From Gammaproteobacteria bacterium (GTDB taxonomy: Bacteria; Pseudomonadota; Gammaproteobacteria; Eutrophobiales; Eutrophobiaceae): a DNA stretch of 64,000 bases. Under the pieces are notes generated by a model. It did no database searches, was not told the origin of the DNA, and worked only from the letters and a program-made list of their open reading frames with translations. Made by a program: the position numbers and the translations under genes. The stretch lies in NCBI GenBank assembly GCA_965222155.1, contig CBDCTH010000012.1, positions 1,056,001-1,120,000 on the forward strand, read 5' to 3'. Within the stretch, counting starts at the first letter, position 1, and every line of letters begins with the position of its first letter. Positions 10,269-20,607 of the stretch are shown here, in pieces.

Positions 10269-12731
10269 ATGAAAACTCACGCGCGAGTGGTTGTCATCGG
10301 CGGCGGCGTAGTTGGTGTAAGTACCCTGTATCACTTGGCCGGGAAAGGCTGGGGAGAGGATGTCGTGCTGGTGGAAAAAGCGGAACTGACATCCGGTTCC
10401 ACCTGGCATGCCGCCGGTCTGCTGCCCCTTTTCAACATGAGTTACAGCGTCGGCCAGATTCACAAATACTCGGTGAATCTTTACCAGGAACTGGAGGCTG
10501 AAACAGGGCAACAGGTAGGCTTCAAGCAGGTCGGCAACCTGCGCCTGGCCATGAACCGGGAGCGCATGGATGAGTATTATCAATACGCGGCGACTGCCTG
10601 CACTATCGGCGTCAATGTTGAATTCCTGACACCGGGTCAGGTGGGAGAGATCTGGCCGCTGTGTAATACGGATGGGCTGGTCGGCGCGTTGTTTCATCCG
10701 GATGACGGTTATATCCAGCCGGCTGACCTGACCCAGGCCCTGGCAAAGGGCGCCCGGTCGCGTGGTGCGGTAATCTATCGCAATACCCTGGTCGAAGGGA
10801 TTGAACGGAGCGCTACGGGTGAGTGGCGGGTCAGGACCACCAGCGGCGATATCACCTGTGAACATATTGTCTCTGCGACCGGCAACTATGCCCGCCGCAC
10901 CGGGGCTATGGTCGGTCTGGACATCCCGGTGGTGCCGGTTGAACATCAATATATCGTGACGGAATCCCACCCCGACCTGGTTGCCCGGGCCGGGCAGGGC
11001 CTGCCTGAAATGGCTGTGCTGCGTGAATCCGACGGCTCCTGGTACCTGCGCGAAGAAAACCAGGGTTTCATCCTGGGACCCTATGAAAAGGGCGCACCAT
11101 GCTGTTACATCGACGGTCCTGACGAGACCGCCGAGTATGAACTGTTCCAAGAAGATATTGACCGTCTGGAACCCCATATTGAGGCAGCCATGAACCGGGT
11201 GCCGGCCTTTGCCGAATGCGGCATCAAGCAGGTATACAACGGCGCCATCGCCTACACCCCGGACGGCAACCCCATCGTCGGTCCTGCCTGGGGCCTGAGA
11301 AACTTCTGGCTCAATGAAGGGCACAGCTTCGGCATTACCGCGGCGGGCGGCGCCGGACGGCAACTGGCGGAGTGGATTGTTGAGGGTGAACCGGGTATCG
11401 ATATGCTGGGGGTAGAGCCGCGCCGTTTCGGCGATTACGCCGACAAGGATTATGTGCTCAAAAAGAATGAAGAAGCCTATTCCCACGTGTTCATCATCCA
11501 TTACCCCGATGAGGAACGGCTGGCGGCCCGCCCGCTGAAGACCGCGCCCTGTTATGGACGCCTGATGGAAATGGGGGCCATATTCGGCCAGAAATTCGGT
11601 TGGGAGCGGGCCAACTGGTTTGCTGTGGACGGCATGCTACGGCAGGATGACTGGTCGTTTCGCAGGTCGCGCTGGTTTGAAGCCATTGGAAAAGAGGCGC
11701 TGCACGTGAACCGGAGAGTAGGGCTGCTGGACATGACACCATTTGCCAAGTGCCGGCTATCCGGGCCGGGCGCCGAGGCGTTTCTGGATTTCATGGTCGC
11801 CAACCGGCTGCCCGCAAAGACGGGACGGATCCGCCTCTGCCACTCACTTAACCGGCGCGGCGGCGTACATTCGGAATTTACCATCACCCGCGAGGCTGAA
11901 GATTCGTTCTACCTGGTATCGGCTGCCGCCTGGCAAAGACTGGACCACGATTATCTCAGCAAGTTCATGCCCGCTGACGGTTCGGTAAACTACGAGCACC
12001 TGACCGACAGCATGGGCGTATTCGTCATAGCCGGACCCCTTGCCCGCAAACTGCTGCAACGTGTATCAGTCGATGATTTTTCCAATGAGGCATTCCCGTT
12101 TCTGGCCGCCCGGCAGGTTGATATGGCAGGAATACCGATGCACGCCCTGCGGGTGAATTACGTGGGAGAACTGGGCTGGGAACTGCATCACCCCATCGAC
12201 CGGCAGAACGCGTTGTTCGATGCCCTGTTTAAAGCCGGTGAAGACCTGGGTCTGCAGCCTTTCGGCATCCGCGCCATGGATTCGCTGCGCTTGGAGAAAT
12301 CCTATCGGATGGTAGGCACGGAATTATCCATCGAATACAGCGCCTATGAATCAGGAATGGATCGTTTCGTGTATCCGGACAAGGGGGAATTCCTGGGTCG
12401 GGAAGCACTGCTGGCGGGCAGGGAACGCGGTCTCAACTACAGGCTCGCCACCCTGGAAGTCCTGGATCCTGATGATGCCGATGCACTGGGAAACAATGCC
12501 TTGACCAGGGATGGCGAACTGATTGGGCGCGCCACCGGCGGCGGTTTTGGCTTCCGGGTCGATAAATCCTTGGCGCTGGGCATGGTTAAGCCGGAATACG
12601 CCGTAACGGGCACTGAAATGGAGATCGATATACTCAACAGGAACTACCGGGCCGTCGTGATACCTGACAGCCCGTTCGACCCCGATAACGAGCGCTTGCT
12701 GGACATCAATGACGCAAATGAAGTCGATTAG
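10269..12731 (+). CDS. Dimethylglycine dehydrogenase-like FAD oxidoreductase with GcvT (folate-binding) domain
   Basis: VVIGGGVVG, GSTWHAAG (covalent FAD His), YVGELGWELH, SLRLEKSYR; directly upstream of soxB. Confidence 0.9.
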   Translation: MKTHARVVVIGGGVVGVSTLYHLAGKGWGEDVVLVEKAELTSGSTWHAAGLLPLFNMSYSVGQIHKYSVNLYQELEAETGQQVGFKQVGNLRLAMNRERMDEYYQYAATACTIGVNVEFLTPGQVGEIWPLCNTDGLVGALFHPDDGYIQPADLTQALAKGARSRGAVIYRNTLVEGIERSATGEWRVRTTSGDITCEHIVSATGNYARRTGAMVGLDIPVVPVEHQYIVTESHPDLVARAGQGLPEMAVLRESDGSWYLREENQGFILGPYEKGAPCCYIDGPDETAEYELFQEDIDRLEPHIEAAMNRVPAFAECGIKQVYNGAIAYTPDGNPIVGPAWGLRNFWLNEGHSFGITAAGGAGRQLAEWIVEGEPGIDMLGVEPRRFGDYADKDYVLKKNEEAYSHVFIIHYPDEERLAARPLKTAPCYGRLMEMGAIFGQKFGWERANWFAVDGMLRQDDWSFRRSRWFEAIGKEALHVNRRVGLLDMTPFAKCRLSGPGAEAFLDFMVANRLPAKTGRIRLCHSLNRRGGVHSEFTITREAEDSFYLVSAAAWQRLDHDYLSKFMPADGSVNYEHLTDSMGVFVIAGPLARKLLQRVSVDDFSNEAFPFLAARQVDMAGIPMHALRVNYVGELGWELHHPIDRQNALFDALFKAGEDLGLQPFGIRAMDSLRLEKSYRMVGTELSIEYSAYESGMDRFVYPDKGEFLGREALLAGRERGLNYRLATLEVLDPDDADALGNNALTRDGELIGRATGGGFGFRVDKSLALGMVKPEYAVTGTEMEIDILNRNYRAVVIPDSPFDPDNERLLDINDANEVD

Positions 12732-12743
12732 GTTTCTCACGCA

Positions 12744-14000
12744 ATGAGCAGGCAGAAATATTCCATCTTCTCCCTGTTACGCAATGCCGTCTCTTATAAT
12801 GAAAACTGGCAACAGGCCTGGCGCAGCCCTGCGCCACGGAAGAAGTACGATGTGCTCATCATCGGCGCTGGCGGCCACGGCCTGGCAACCGCCTACTACC
12901 TGGCAAAAGAACACGGGATGCGCAACGTTGCCGTGCTGGAGAAAGGCTGGATCGGCGGCGGCAATACGGGACGCAATACCACCATCGTGCGCTCCAACTA
13001 CCTGTGGACGGAAGCCGCGTTGCTCTATGAGAAGTCGTTGAAGCTGTGGGAGGGGTTGAGCCAGGACCTGAATTACAATGTCATGTTCAGCCAGCGCGGT
13101 GTCTATAACCTGGGACACAGCCTGCAGGACTTGCGTGATATCGAACGCCGGGTCAGCGCCAATCGGCTGGACGGCATCGATGCCGAGGTGGTCACGCCGG
13201 CGCAGATCAAGGCCGCCATCCCCTTGATCAATATCTCTCCCGGGGTGCGTTATCCAATCCTGGGGGCCTCGCTGCAACGCCGGGGCGGGGTCGCCCGCCA
13301 TGACGCGGTGGCCTGGGGTTTTGCGCGCGCCGCCGATGCCCTGGGTGTTGATATCATTCAACAATGCGAAGTGACCGGACTGAACCGGGACGGAGGCAGG
13401 GTAGCCGGCGTTGAGACCAGCCGCGGCCGCATAGAGGCAGACCGAATCGGCGTCGTAGTCGCCGGCCATGCCAGTGTGCTGGCGGCGATGGCAGGGTTGC
13501 GCCTGCCGCTGGAGAGCCACCCGTTGCAGGCTTATGTGTCGGAACCCCTGAAGCCGGTCCTGGATAGCGTCGTCATGTCCAACGCGGTGCATGGTTATAT
13601 CAGTCAGTCGGACAAGGGCGAACTGGTCGTCGGCGCCGGTATCGACGCTTATACCGGCTACGGCCAGCGCGGCAGTTTCCGGACTATCGAACATGCCATG
13701 CAGGCGATCATCGAACTGTTCCCCGCCTTCAGCCGGGTGCGAATGTTGCGTCAATGGGGCGGTATCGTCGACGTGTCGCCGGACGCTTGCCCAATCATAG
13801 GCAAGACCCCCGTGCAGGGCCTGTATTTCAACTGTGGCTGGGGCACCGGTGGGTTCAAGGCCACCCCCGGTTCGGGCTGGGCCTTTGCCCATACAATCGC
13901 CCGGGACCGGCCCCATGAGTTGAATGGCCCGTTCGGCCTTGAACGCTTCACCACGGGAGCACTCATAGACGAACACGGCGCTGCTGCCGTAGCGCACTGA
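12744..14000 (+). CDS. soxB: Sarcosine oxidase beta subunit
   Basis: [38 protein letters not shown]-terminal [11 protein letters not shown]. Confidence 0.97.
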   Translation: MSRQKYSIFSLLRNAVSYNENWQQAWRSPAPRKKYDVLIIGAGGHGLATAYYLAKEHGMRNVAVLEKGWIGGGNTGRNTTIVRSNYLWTEAALLYEKSLKLWEGLSQDLNYNVMFSQRGVYNLGHSLQDLRDIERRVSANRLDGIDAEVVTPAQIKAAIPLINISPGVRYPILGASLQRRGGVARHDAVAWGFARAADALGVDIIQQCEVTGLNRDGGRVAGVETSRGRIEADRIGVVVAGHASVLAAMAGLRLPLESHPLQAYVSEPLKPVLDSVVMSNAVHGYISQSDKGELVVGAGIDAYTGYGQRGSFRTIEHAMQAIIELFPAFSRVRMLRQWGGIVDVSPDACPIIGKTPVQGLYFNCGWGTGGFKATPGSGWAFAHTIARDRPHELNGPFGLERFTTGALIDEHGAAAVAH

Positions 14001-14013
14001 ATGGGAGCCGAAC

Positions 14014-14265
14014 ATGTTGTTGATAAAATGTCCATGGTGCGGCGCACGCGACGAGAGTGAATTCAGTTACGGGGGCGAAGCCGATATCACCCGGCCGGCC
14101 GAACCGGATGCTCTGACCGATGAGGAATGGGCGGATTACCTGTTCATGCGCAGCAATACCAAGGGCCTGCACCGGGAACAATGGGTGCATGACCAGGGTT
14201 GCCGCCGCTGGTTCGTGCTGGAAAGGGATACCGTCAGCTATCAGATAACCGAGGACGGGGGATAG
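14014..14265 (+). CDS. soxD: Sarcosine oxidase delta subunit
   Basis: MLLIKCPWCGARDESEF...HREQWVHDQGCRRWF zinc site. Confidence 0.96.
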   Translation: MLLIKCPWCGARDESEFSYGGEADITRPAEPDALTDEEWADYLFMRSNTKGLHREQWVHDQGCRRWFVLERDTVSYQITEDGG

Positions 14266-14327
14266 AGGAAAGATGACAGAAAACAGAAGACATGGAATCT
14301 ACATCCATGCGCCAGGTAGTAATACCA

Positions 14328-14483
14328 CGTCATTACTGCGTCCCCCGGCGTCATTCCTGCGCCCCCCGGCGTCATTCCTGCGCCCCCCGGCGTCATTCCT
14401 GCGCAGGCAGGAAGCCAGTGGACAACTTATTCCTTATCATATGAAGGGTTGCTTACTGGATTCCAGCTTGCGCTGGAATGACG
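14328..14483. repeat. REP pair with 21-bp tandem stutter inside the sox operon
   Basis: CGTCATTCCTGCGCCCCCCGG-type unit x3, then CGTCATTCCTGCGCAGGCAGGAAGCCAGT and inverted ACTGGATTCCAGCTTGCGCTGGAATGACG. Confidence 0.88.
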
Positions 14484-14530
14484 GCAGAGAGTGATGCACT
14501 CATTCATTATCGAGTTCAGGAAGCGGGAGT

Positions 14531-17500
14531 ATGCAGCCCTATCGACTTGCTGAAAGCGGACGTATCGACCGCTCACGACCCCTGACGTTCAGTTTTAACG
14601 GCCGTACCTTGCAGGGCTATGCCGGCGACACCCTGGCCTCCGCGTTACTGGTTAACGGGATCCGGATTATCGGCCGCAGTTTCAAATACCATCGCCCGCG
14701 GGGCATCATGGGTATAGGCGTGGAAGAACCCAACGCCATAGTCCAGCTAGGCGCCGGGGCTGATACCATACCCGGACTGCGCGCCACTGAGGTGGAGTTA
14801 TACGACGGTCTGGCCGCAGCCACGACAAGGGGTTGGCCCTGTCTCAATTTTGATTTGCTGGCGCTCAATGATTTCTGCGCACGTTTGCTGGGGGCGGGAT
14901 TTTACTACAAGACCTTCATGGCGCCGCGTTTCCTGTGGCGCCTGTATGAGCATTATCTGCGGCGCGCCTCCGGCCTGGGTATCTCACCACAGTTGCCGGA
15001 CCCTGACAGTTATGAACACGTCAACGCCCACTGTGACGTCCTGGTGGCGGGGGGCGGGCCGGCAGGACTGATGGCGGCATTGGCGGCAGCCAAATGCGGC
15101 GCCAGAGTCATCATAGCGGATGAACAGAGCGAGTTCGGCGGCAGTCTGTTATATGACACGGCCAGGCTGAACGGCAACTCTGCTGCGGAATGGCTGCACA
15201 AGGTGTTGCAGGAGCTGGCACGATGTCCCGAAGTCGTACTCCTGTCCCGCAGTACGGTGTTCGGTTATTACGACCATAATTTCCTGACTATTCTGGAACG
15301 TTGCGGCGGTCGCCTGGGAGAACCGGGCGCAGAAGGGGTGCGCCAACGCGAATGGCGGGTTCGGGCCAGGCGCGTCATCCTTGCTCAGGGCAGCCATGAG
15401 CGACCCCTGGTATTTCCCAACAATGATCGTCCGGGGGTGATGCAGGCCGCCGCGGTATCCGGCTATATTCGTCGCTACGGGGTGTGTCCGGGCCGGCGCG
15501 GCGTGATCTTCACCAATAACGACGGGGGATACCAGGCGGCCCTGGACTTGATTCGGGCAGGGGCGAGCGTCGCTGCGATTGTTGATTGCCGTGTGGAGGG
15601 CGCAGGCGCCATTGCCGAGCCCTTGCGCCAGGCCGGTATTGATATATGCCAGGGGCAGGTCATCACCGGCGTGACGGGTACGAGGAAGGTGCGTACGGTA
15701 CAGGTTTCACCCTTGGCGGCGGATGGCAAGACCTTGACCGGGCCGGCAAAAAACCTTGACTGTGATCTGGTCGCCATGTCCGGGGGCTGGAACCCGGCGC
15801 TCCACCTGCATTCGCAGGCCGGTGGCGGGATTCTCTGGGACGCAGCCCGCTATTGTTTTGTCCCCGGTGCAACCCGGCAGAAACATGTGTCAGTAGGGGC
15901 GTGCAACGGTTCCTTTTCCCTGGACGCCTGTCTGCAGGAGGGAAACCGGGCAGGACTGGATGCCGCGCGCGAATGCGGGTTTGAGGCGTCACCGTTTTCC
16001 ACTCCGGAGGTTAATCAGGACTTGACTGGAGAAGCCCGTCCTCTGCAACCATTATGGCGGATTCCTTTACCGCGATCGCCGCATCGTTACCCGAAACAGT
16101 TTATCGATTACCAGAACGATACGACCGTGGCGGACGTGCGCCAGGCGGTGAGTGAAGGTTTCCGGAACGTGGAGCACGTCAAACGTTATACCGCGCTGGG
16201 GTTTGGCACCGACCAGGGCAAGCTGGGAAATATCAACGGCATGGCCGTGTTGGCGGAGTGTCTGGGCAAACCCATAGCAGATGTCGGCACGACCACCTTC
16301 AGGCCGCCCTACACGGCCGTAACTTTTGGCGCCTGTGCCGGCGCCGACGTTGGCGCGCTCTACGAACCGGTACGCAAGACCGCGCTGCACGACTGGCACG
16401 AAGCGGCCGGCGCTGAATTTGAGGTGGTGGGTCAATGGTTGCGTCCCTGGTATTATCCCGGGGCAGAGGAGGACATGCGTAGTGCGGTAAACCGGGAGTG
16501 TCTAGCCGCCCGCGGGTCACTGGCAATCATGGATGCCTCGACCCTAGGCAAGATAGAAGTGCAGGGGCCGGACGCGCTGACCTTCCTGGAACGTATCTAT
16601 ACCCATAATGTCGCCGCGCTGAAGGTCGGCCGCTGTGCCTATGGCGTCATGCTGGGCGAAGACGGCATGGTCATGGATGACGGGGTCATGGCGCGCCTGG
16701 GCGATCAGCATTTTTACCTGACCACCACTAGCGGCGGCGCGGCGCGGGTGCTGGGCTGGCTGGAACAGTGGTTGCAGACGGAATGGCCGGATTTAAAGGT
16801 ATACTTGACATCCGTTACGGAACGCTGGTGCGCCATTGTCCTGGTCGGCCCGGACAGCAGGAAGCTGCTGCAGGGTATGGAGAGCGATATGGAGTTCAAC
16901 CAGGCCGACTTTCCCTTCATGGCGGTGCGATCCGGATCCCTGGCGGGGTTCACCGTTCGGGTATTCCGCGTCAGCTTCAGCGGTGAACTGGCCTTCGAAA
17001 TCAACGTGGAAAGCGACTTTGCCCCGTCCCTGTGGCAAACCCTGATGGAGGCCGGTGAACAGTACGGCATCACCCCTTACGGTACCGAAACCATGCACGT
17101 GCTGCGCGCCGAGAAAGGGTTTGTCATCGTCGGCCAGGATACCGACGGTTCCGTGACTCCGCTGGACCTGGGGATGCACTGGCTGCTGTCCAAAGACAAG
17201 GACTACCTGGGCAAACGGTCCCTGGCGCGGCCCGACTGCCAACGCCTGAATCGTAAACAACTGGTCGGCCTGTTGTGTGAAGACGGGACGGAAGTATTGC
17301 CGGAAGGCGCGCAACTGGTAGAGCAGCCGGGCGGCGTCCCGCCCATCCCTAAACTGGGCCATGTCAGCTCCAGTTATTACAGTGCCTGTCTCGACCGGCC
17401 CATAGCCCTGGCGCTGGTCAGTGCCGGGCGCGCCCGCAAGAGCGATGTCATCCATGCCGCGTTGCGCGACGGACGATTTACCAGGGTCAGGGTCGTCTCT

Positions 17501-17545
17501 CCCGTATTCTACGACCCGAAAGGAGAGCGGCAACATGCCTCATAG
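14531..17545 (+). CDS. soxA: Sarcosine oxidase alpha subunit
   Basis: GDTLASALL..GRSFKYHRPRG, EHVKRYTALGFGTDQGK, GcvT C-terminal domain; 1004 aa. Confidence 0.97.
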   Translation: MQPYRLAESGRIDRSRPLTFSFNGRTLQGYAGDTLASALLVNGIRIIGRSFKYHRPRGIMGIGVEEPNAIVQLGAGADTIPGLRATEVELYDGLAAATTRGWPCLNFDLLALNDFCARLLGAGFYYKTFMAPRFLWRLYEHYLRRASGLGISPQLPDPDSYEHVNAHCDVLVAGGGPAGLMAALAAAKCGARVIIADEQSEFGGSLLYDTARLNGNSAAEWLHKVLQELARCPEVVLLSRSTVFGYYDHNFLTILERCGGRLGEPGAEGVRQREWRVRARRVILAQGSHERPLVFPNNDRPGVMQAAAVSGYIRRYGVCPGRRGVIFTNNDGGYQAALDLIRAGASVAAIVDCRVEGAGAIAEPLRQAGIDICQGQVITGVTGTRKVRTVQVSPLAADGKTLTGPAKNLDCDLVAMSGGWNPALHLHSQAGGGILWDAARYCFVPGATRQKHVSVGACNGSFSLDACLQEGNRAGLDAARECGFEASPFSTPEVNQDLTGEARPLQPLWRIPLPRSPHRYPKQFIDYQNDTTVADVRQAVSEGFRNVEHVKRYTALGFGTDQGKLGNINGMAVLAECLGKPIADVGTTTFRPPYTAVTFGACAGADVGALYEPVRKTALHDWHEAAGAEFEVVGQWLRPWYYPGAEEDMRSAVNRECLAARGSLAIMDASTLGKIEVQGPDALTFLERIYTHNVAALKVGRCAYGVMLGEDGMVMDDGVMARLGDQHFYLTTTSGGAARVLGWLEQWLQTEWPDLKVYLTSVTERWCAIVLVGPDSRKLLQGMESDMEFNQADFPFMAVRSGSLAGFTVRVFRVSFSGELAFEINVESDFAPSLWQTLMEAGEQYGITPYGTETMHVLRAEKGFVIVGQDTDGSVTPLDLGMHWLLSKDKDYLGKRSLARPDCQRLNRKQLVGLLCEDGTEVLPEGAQLVEQPGGVPPIPKLGHVSSSYYSACLDRPIALALVSAGRARKSDVIHAALRDGRFTRVRVVSPVFYDPKGERQHAS

Positions 17546-18125
17546 ACCGCAAAGACGGCACGCCCTGTCCTCTTTCCTCAAAGGGAAGATTGCACCCGGT
17601 CCGGATAACGCAGGCGTGACGCTGGAAGTACGACCCGATTTCGGCTACCTGAACCTGCGCGGCAACCCCGGCGATGAACAGTTTCTGCAGGCGCTGCAGG
17701 CAACGCTTGGACAGCCCCTGCCCACCAATGCCAATACGTTTACTGTCGGAGAAGACACAACTTACTGGTTAGGTCCCGATGAGTGGTTGCTGGCCACAGG
17801 ACTTGGCAAGGAAAGCGGCATAGCGGAACACCTGGGGAAAAGCCTGTCAGGTCAATGCTACTCCCTGGTCGATGTGACCGGCGGACAGGTTTTACTTCGA
17901 CTGGGCGGCAGTCATGCCCGGGAGGTACTGGCGCAAGGCTGTACCCTGGACCTGCATCCGCGCGCATTCAAAGTAGGCCAATGCGCACAGACCACCCTGA
18001 CAAAAACGTCCATGCTGATCGCCCTGATCGATGACGCACCGACCTTCGATATCATTGTCCGCCGTAGTTTTGCCGAATATGCGGCACTGTGGCTGCACCA
18101 CAGTGGCAGTGTCATTAATGGATAA
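17535..18125 (+). CDS. soxG: Sarcosine oxidase gamma subunit (start ATG 17535, overlapping the soxA end)
   Basis: YWLGPDEWLL, VDVTGGQ, GCTLDLHPRAF..GQCAQT, VRRSFAEY; the extreme C-terminus may be clipped by the adjacent debris. Confidence 0.93.
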   Translation: MPHRPQRRHALSSFLKGKIAPGPDNAGVTLEVRPDFGYLNLRGNPGDEQFLQALQATLGQPLPTNANTFTVGEDTTYWLGPDEWLLATGLGKESGIAEHLGKSLSGQCYSLVDVTGGQVLLRLGGSHAREVLAQGCTLDLHPRAFKVGQCAQTTLTKTSMLIALIDDAPTFDIIVRRSFAEYAALWLHHSGSVING

Positions 18126-18133
18126 TGAGGAGT

Positions 18134-18201
18134 CAGATACGAGGAAGCGCTTTTTTCAGCATGTCCCGTAGATAGGCAGCATCCCTGTCTTCAAGCTGCA
18201 T
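18134..18201 (-). pseudogene. N-terminal stub of HepT/DUF86 (HEPN) toxin
   Basis: MQLEDRDAAYLRDML overlaps the MNT stop, then terminates after ~22 codons. Confidence 0.55.
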
Positions 18202-18466
18202 ATAAAAGCTCCATGTCTTTCTCTATCTCACGACGACGGTAGGGATTATTCAAGATCGCCGATGTTACGATATCCACTTTACGACCGCCAAACAATGAAC
18301 TGAAAGCATTTTTGATGACCGTTAGGCCTCCCAGAGAAGGGACCATACCCTGTTCAAATTCGACCAGTAAATCGATATCGCTTGAAGGCGTTAATTCCCC
18401 ACGAGCGGCAGAGCCGAATAATATCAGTTGCTTGATATGATAATGTTTAGCTAATTCTGCCAACAC
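18191..18466 (-). CDS. Minimal nucleotidyltransferase (MntA-type antitoxin); 5' end uncertain
   Basis: LILFGSAARGELTPSSDIDLLVEF (GS..DxD) and GRKVDIVT. Confidence 0.85.
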   Translation of the reverse strand: MLAELAKHYHIKQLILFGSAARGELTPSSDIDLLVEFEQGMVPSLGGLTVIKNAFSSLFGGRKVDIVTSAILNNPYRRREIEKDMELLYAA

Positions 18467-18472
18467 GATACG

Positions 18473-18814
18473 CTAAACGGAAGCGAGCTCTCCCGGCAAT
18501 AAAATATCCTCATTGTCAGCGGCTGTGTACGACCCTTTGGAGTCAGCAAGCGCATTCTGAGATTTCCGGTTTATCTTGTGATTAACTGGCCGAATAATCA
18601 CATCGAGTCCCAGCGCTTCCAGCGCTTTCAAAATCTTGCCGATCTCTGATGTTTCCTTACCGCGCTCAAACTCCGATAAAAATCGTATGCCGGGGCCGGC
18701 CAGCTCACTTGTTGTTTTAAGGGTTAGTCCACGGGCTTTTCTGTGTCTGCGAACAAGGCTACCCAGTTCTTGCGTATTTCGAATCCGATCGTAGTAAGCA
18801 GGTTCATCTGTCAT
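18473..18814 (-). CDS. HipB/y4mF-type XRE HTH antitoxin, with no hipA partner
   Basis: ELGSLVRRHRKARGLTL...GIRFLSEFERGKETSEIGKILKAL. Confidence 0.8.
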   Translation of the reverse strand: MTDEPAYYDRIRNTQELGSLVRRHRKARGLTLKTTSELAGPGIRFLSEFERGKETSEIGKILKALEALGLDVIIRPVNHKINRKSQNALADSKGSYTAADNEDILLPGELASV

Positions 18815-18825
18815 AATTAAATATA

Positions 18826-18852
18826 ATATTTATCCCGAGCAGGAATAAATAT
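18826..18852. promoter_or_regulatory. Probable autoregulatory operator of the HipB-like gene
   Basis: Imperfect palindrome ATATTTATCCCGAGCAGGAATAAATAT 12 bp upstream of the start codon. Confidence 0.45.
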
Positions 18853-18989
18853 AACATAGATTGACGTTATATCAATAAAAAATAATCAGTACGGGATAAT
18901 TATAAAATAACAAGAATTCGATTGCCGCTCTCAGCGGAGTTCTCGAATAGGGCAGAACGGGAGTGACTATGTTTTGTAAGCCCGCGCCA

Positions 18990-19253
18990 CTGCTGCAGTA
19001 ACGGCCGCATGCGCCCCGGTCTCAAGCAACGTGCCGTGAGCGCTCAGGAGTTTGTCGAACTGCCATTTGAGCAATCGTTCTCGGCATTCAAGCGTATCGG
19101 ATTCACAAGTATGAGTTCGTCGTTATGACGCACTATTGCCATATTGCGGCTGATGCGCATCACAGCATTCATCTTCAGGCTGCCGCGGGCCATGTAAACG
19201 TCAGGCGCAATTTCTGAAATATCGTTGTGCGGGTAGGCGGGCGCAAAGGTCAT
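18990..19253 (-). pseudogene. Internally deleted DUF4336-like (MBL-fold) gene remnant
   Basis: N-terminus MTFAPAYPHND...ELILVNPIRLN joined out of frame to the C-terminal ERLLKWQFDKLLSAHGTLLETG. Confidence 0.55.
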
Positions 19254-19567
19254 TTTTGCTTGTTCGTATTGACGATCTGAGTTATTAAAACAATGGCAAT
19301 ACCGATTACTGTTATCCCAATTGCTGACACTGTATGATTTACATCACTTTCCAAGAAATAGGTCAGGGCGAACGCATACTTTAGAATCCGGGTTATCGTC
19401 ATTCCGGCGCAGGCCGAGTAGTGGCACATAGCCTGCCCCTGCAGGCTGTAAGCAGGGGGATGTGCCGTCAACGGAGCGTAGGATGCAAATCCAGTCGAAA
19501 AAGACGGTTCCTTATGGTAGAAGGTTGGTTTGTTAACTGGATTCCGGCCTGCGCCGGAATGACGAAC
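19007..19567. repeat. Direct repeat copy A (partner 23557-24024)
   Basis: Near-identical sequence containing a DUF4336-like gene remnant, a membrane-gene tail and a REP pair. Confidence 0.92.
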
Positions 19568-19790
19568 CATGTAATTCAGGACATGTAATTCAGGACACCC
19601 ATATAATTCAGGACACCCATATAATTCAGGATACCCATGTAATTCAGGACACCCATGTAATTCAGGACACCCATGACCCATGTAATTCAGGACACCCATG
19701 TAATTCAGGACACCCATGTAATTCAGGACACCCATGTAATTCAGGACACCCATGTAATTCAGGACACCCATGTAATTCAGGACACCCATG
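19567..19790. repeat. 18-bp tandem array ATGTAATTCAGGACACCC (~12 units)
   Basis: Counted by eye: one truncated unit, 5 units, a 7-bp slip, then 6 units; a solo related copy at ~21244. Confidence 0.95.
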
Positions 19791-19879
19791 AAACATTGAT
19801 CGCCGGATTCCTGCTTGCGCAGGAATTGCTGTTTCCTTCCGCCACTCCCGAAGAAATCTGGGTCATCCTGTTCACGGTA

Positions 19880-20050
19880 TACCAGCAGGTCTACAAGGGT
19901 AAACAGATCTATGGCGCCGTGGCGTATTTGCAGGCGGAGCAGGAAGTGGAAGTCTGTGCGCAATGGCAGGGCCTGTTCGTCGTCCGCACCACCGGCAGCA
20001 GCACGAGCATTATCAATGATGCGGGGTTTGTGCCCCGGGTGTTCGGCTGA
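19880..20050 (+). pseudogene. C-terminal fragment of a DUF3782/PD-(D/E)XK-like protein
   Basis: YKGKQIYGAVAYLQAEQEVEVCAQWQGLFVVRTTGSSTSIINDAGFVPRVFG resembles the conserved tail of that family. Confidence 0.5.
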
Positions 20051-20119
20051 TTGACGCGGAACACTCATAAAATAGGGACATGTTTACCCCTGTATGTGGC
20101 AAACAGGGGTTGAAACCTG

Positions 20120-20280
20120 ACGTTGCTGAATCGTCTTCTCTTTTACCCCCGTCAATAAACTTCACATTCTCGATCACGTCGGCCAGGTGACGGAACCCGC
20201 GTAGCCAGCGCCAGTTCTTCTCCGCACACAATCCTAGCTTATAGACCATTGTCAGCAGGGTGGTGCGGCTGGGCAGGGAC
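20120..20280 (-). pseudogene. IS256-family transposase C-terminal fragment
   Basis: SRTTLLTMVYKLGLCAEKNWRWLRGFRHLADVIENVKFIDG. Confidence 0.7.
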
Positions 20281-20289
20281 TGCAATGTC

Positions 20290-20557
20290 ATCCATTTACC
20301 TATTGACATACACCCTTACCGATGTCGATGACAATACCATTGACGGCACCGGTGAAATAAACCGTAATACTGTCGGCAACCCGACCCCGGAGTTACGTGG
20401 CAGCCTGGGTTTGGACACATCACTCACCATAGGCGTGGTGAATGCGACAGACGAAGCCCCACCGTTTGTGGCCGTTTCTGGCAGCTATGACCCCCCGCAC
20501 CGGCGACCCGCGGGGAGGAGAATCTACGTAAAACTTGGAACAACGTCCGATTTTTAA
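20290..20557 (+). pseudogene. TonB-dependent receptor C-terminal remnant
   Basis: LTIGVVNATDEAPPFV...YDP...GRRIYVKL tail motif. Confidence 0.55.
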
Positions 20558-20607
20558 CCCGTATTCCTCTTTTCAGGCTCATTTCATGTTGAACAATGCT
20601 GTTTCTT

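Noticed and set aside
10003-10272. Small ORF family sharing QIVSPDDLSLNQ (also 42377-42619 and 51511-51696)
   Set aside because: These are translations of the MITE core, with inconsistent starts and ends between copies.
10029-14015. Long antisense ORFs (490 aa, 412 aa; also 48487-49788 and 50678-51475)
   Set aside because: Shadow frames of well-supported GC-rich genes, with no recognisable motifs.
14273-14494. 73-aa ORF in the sox operon (LRPPASF repeats)
   Set aside because: Mostly translated REP stutter; not a known sox subunit.
19567-19790. CRISPR array
   Set aside because: Units are contiguous 18-mers with no unique spacers, and there are no cas genes in the window.
19250-20068. 272-aa ORF with GVLNYM/GCPELH repeats (and the opposite-strand DTHVIQ ORF) as a repeat protein or RiPP precursor
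   Set aside because: The peptide periodicity is a by-product of the DNA tandem array; the ORF also runs through REP sequence and antisense gene fragments.
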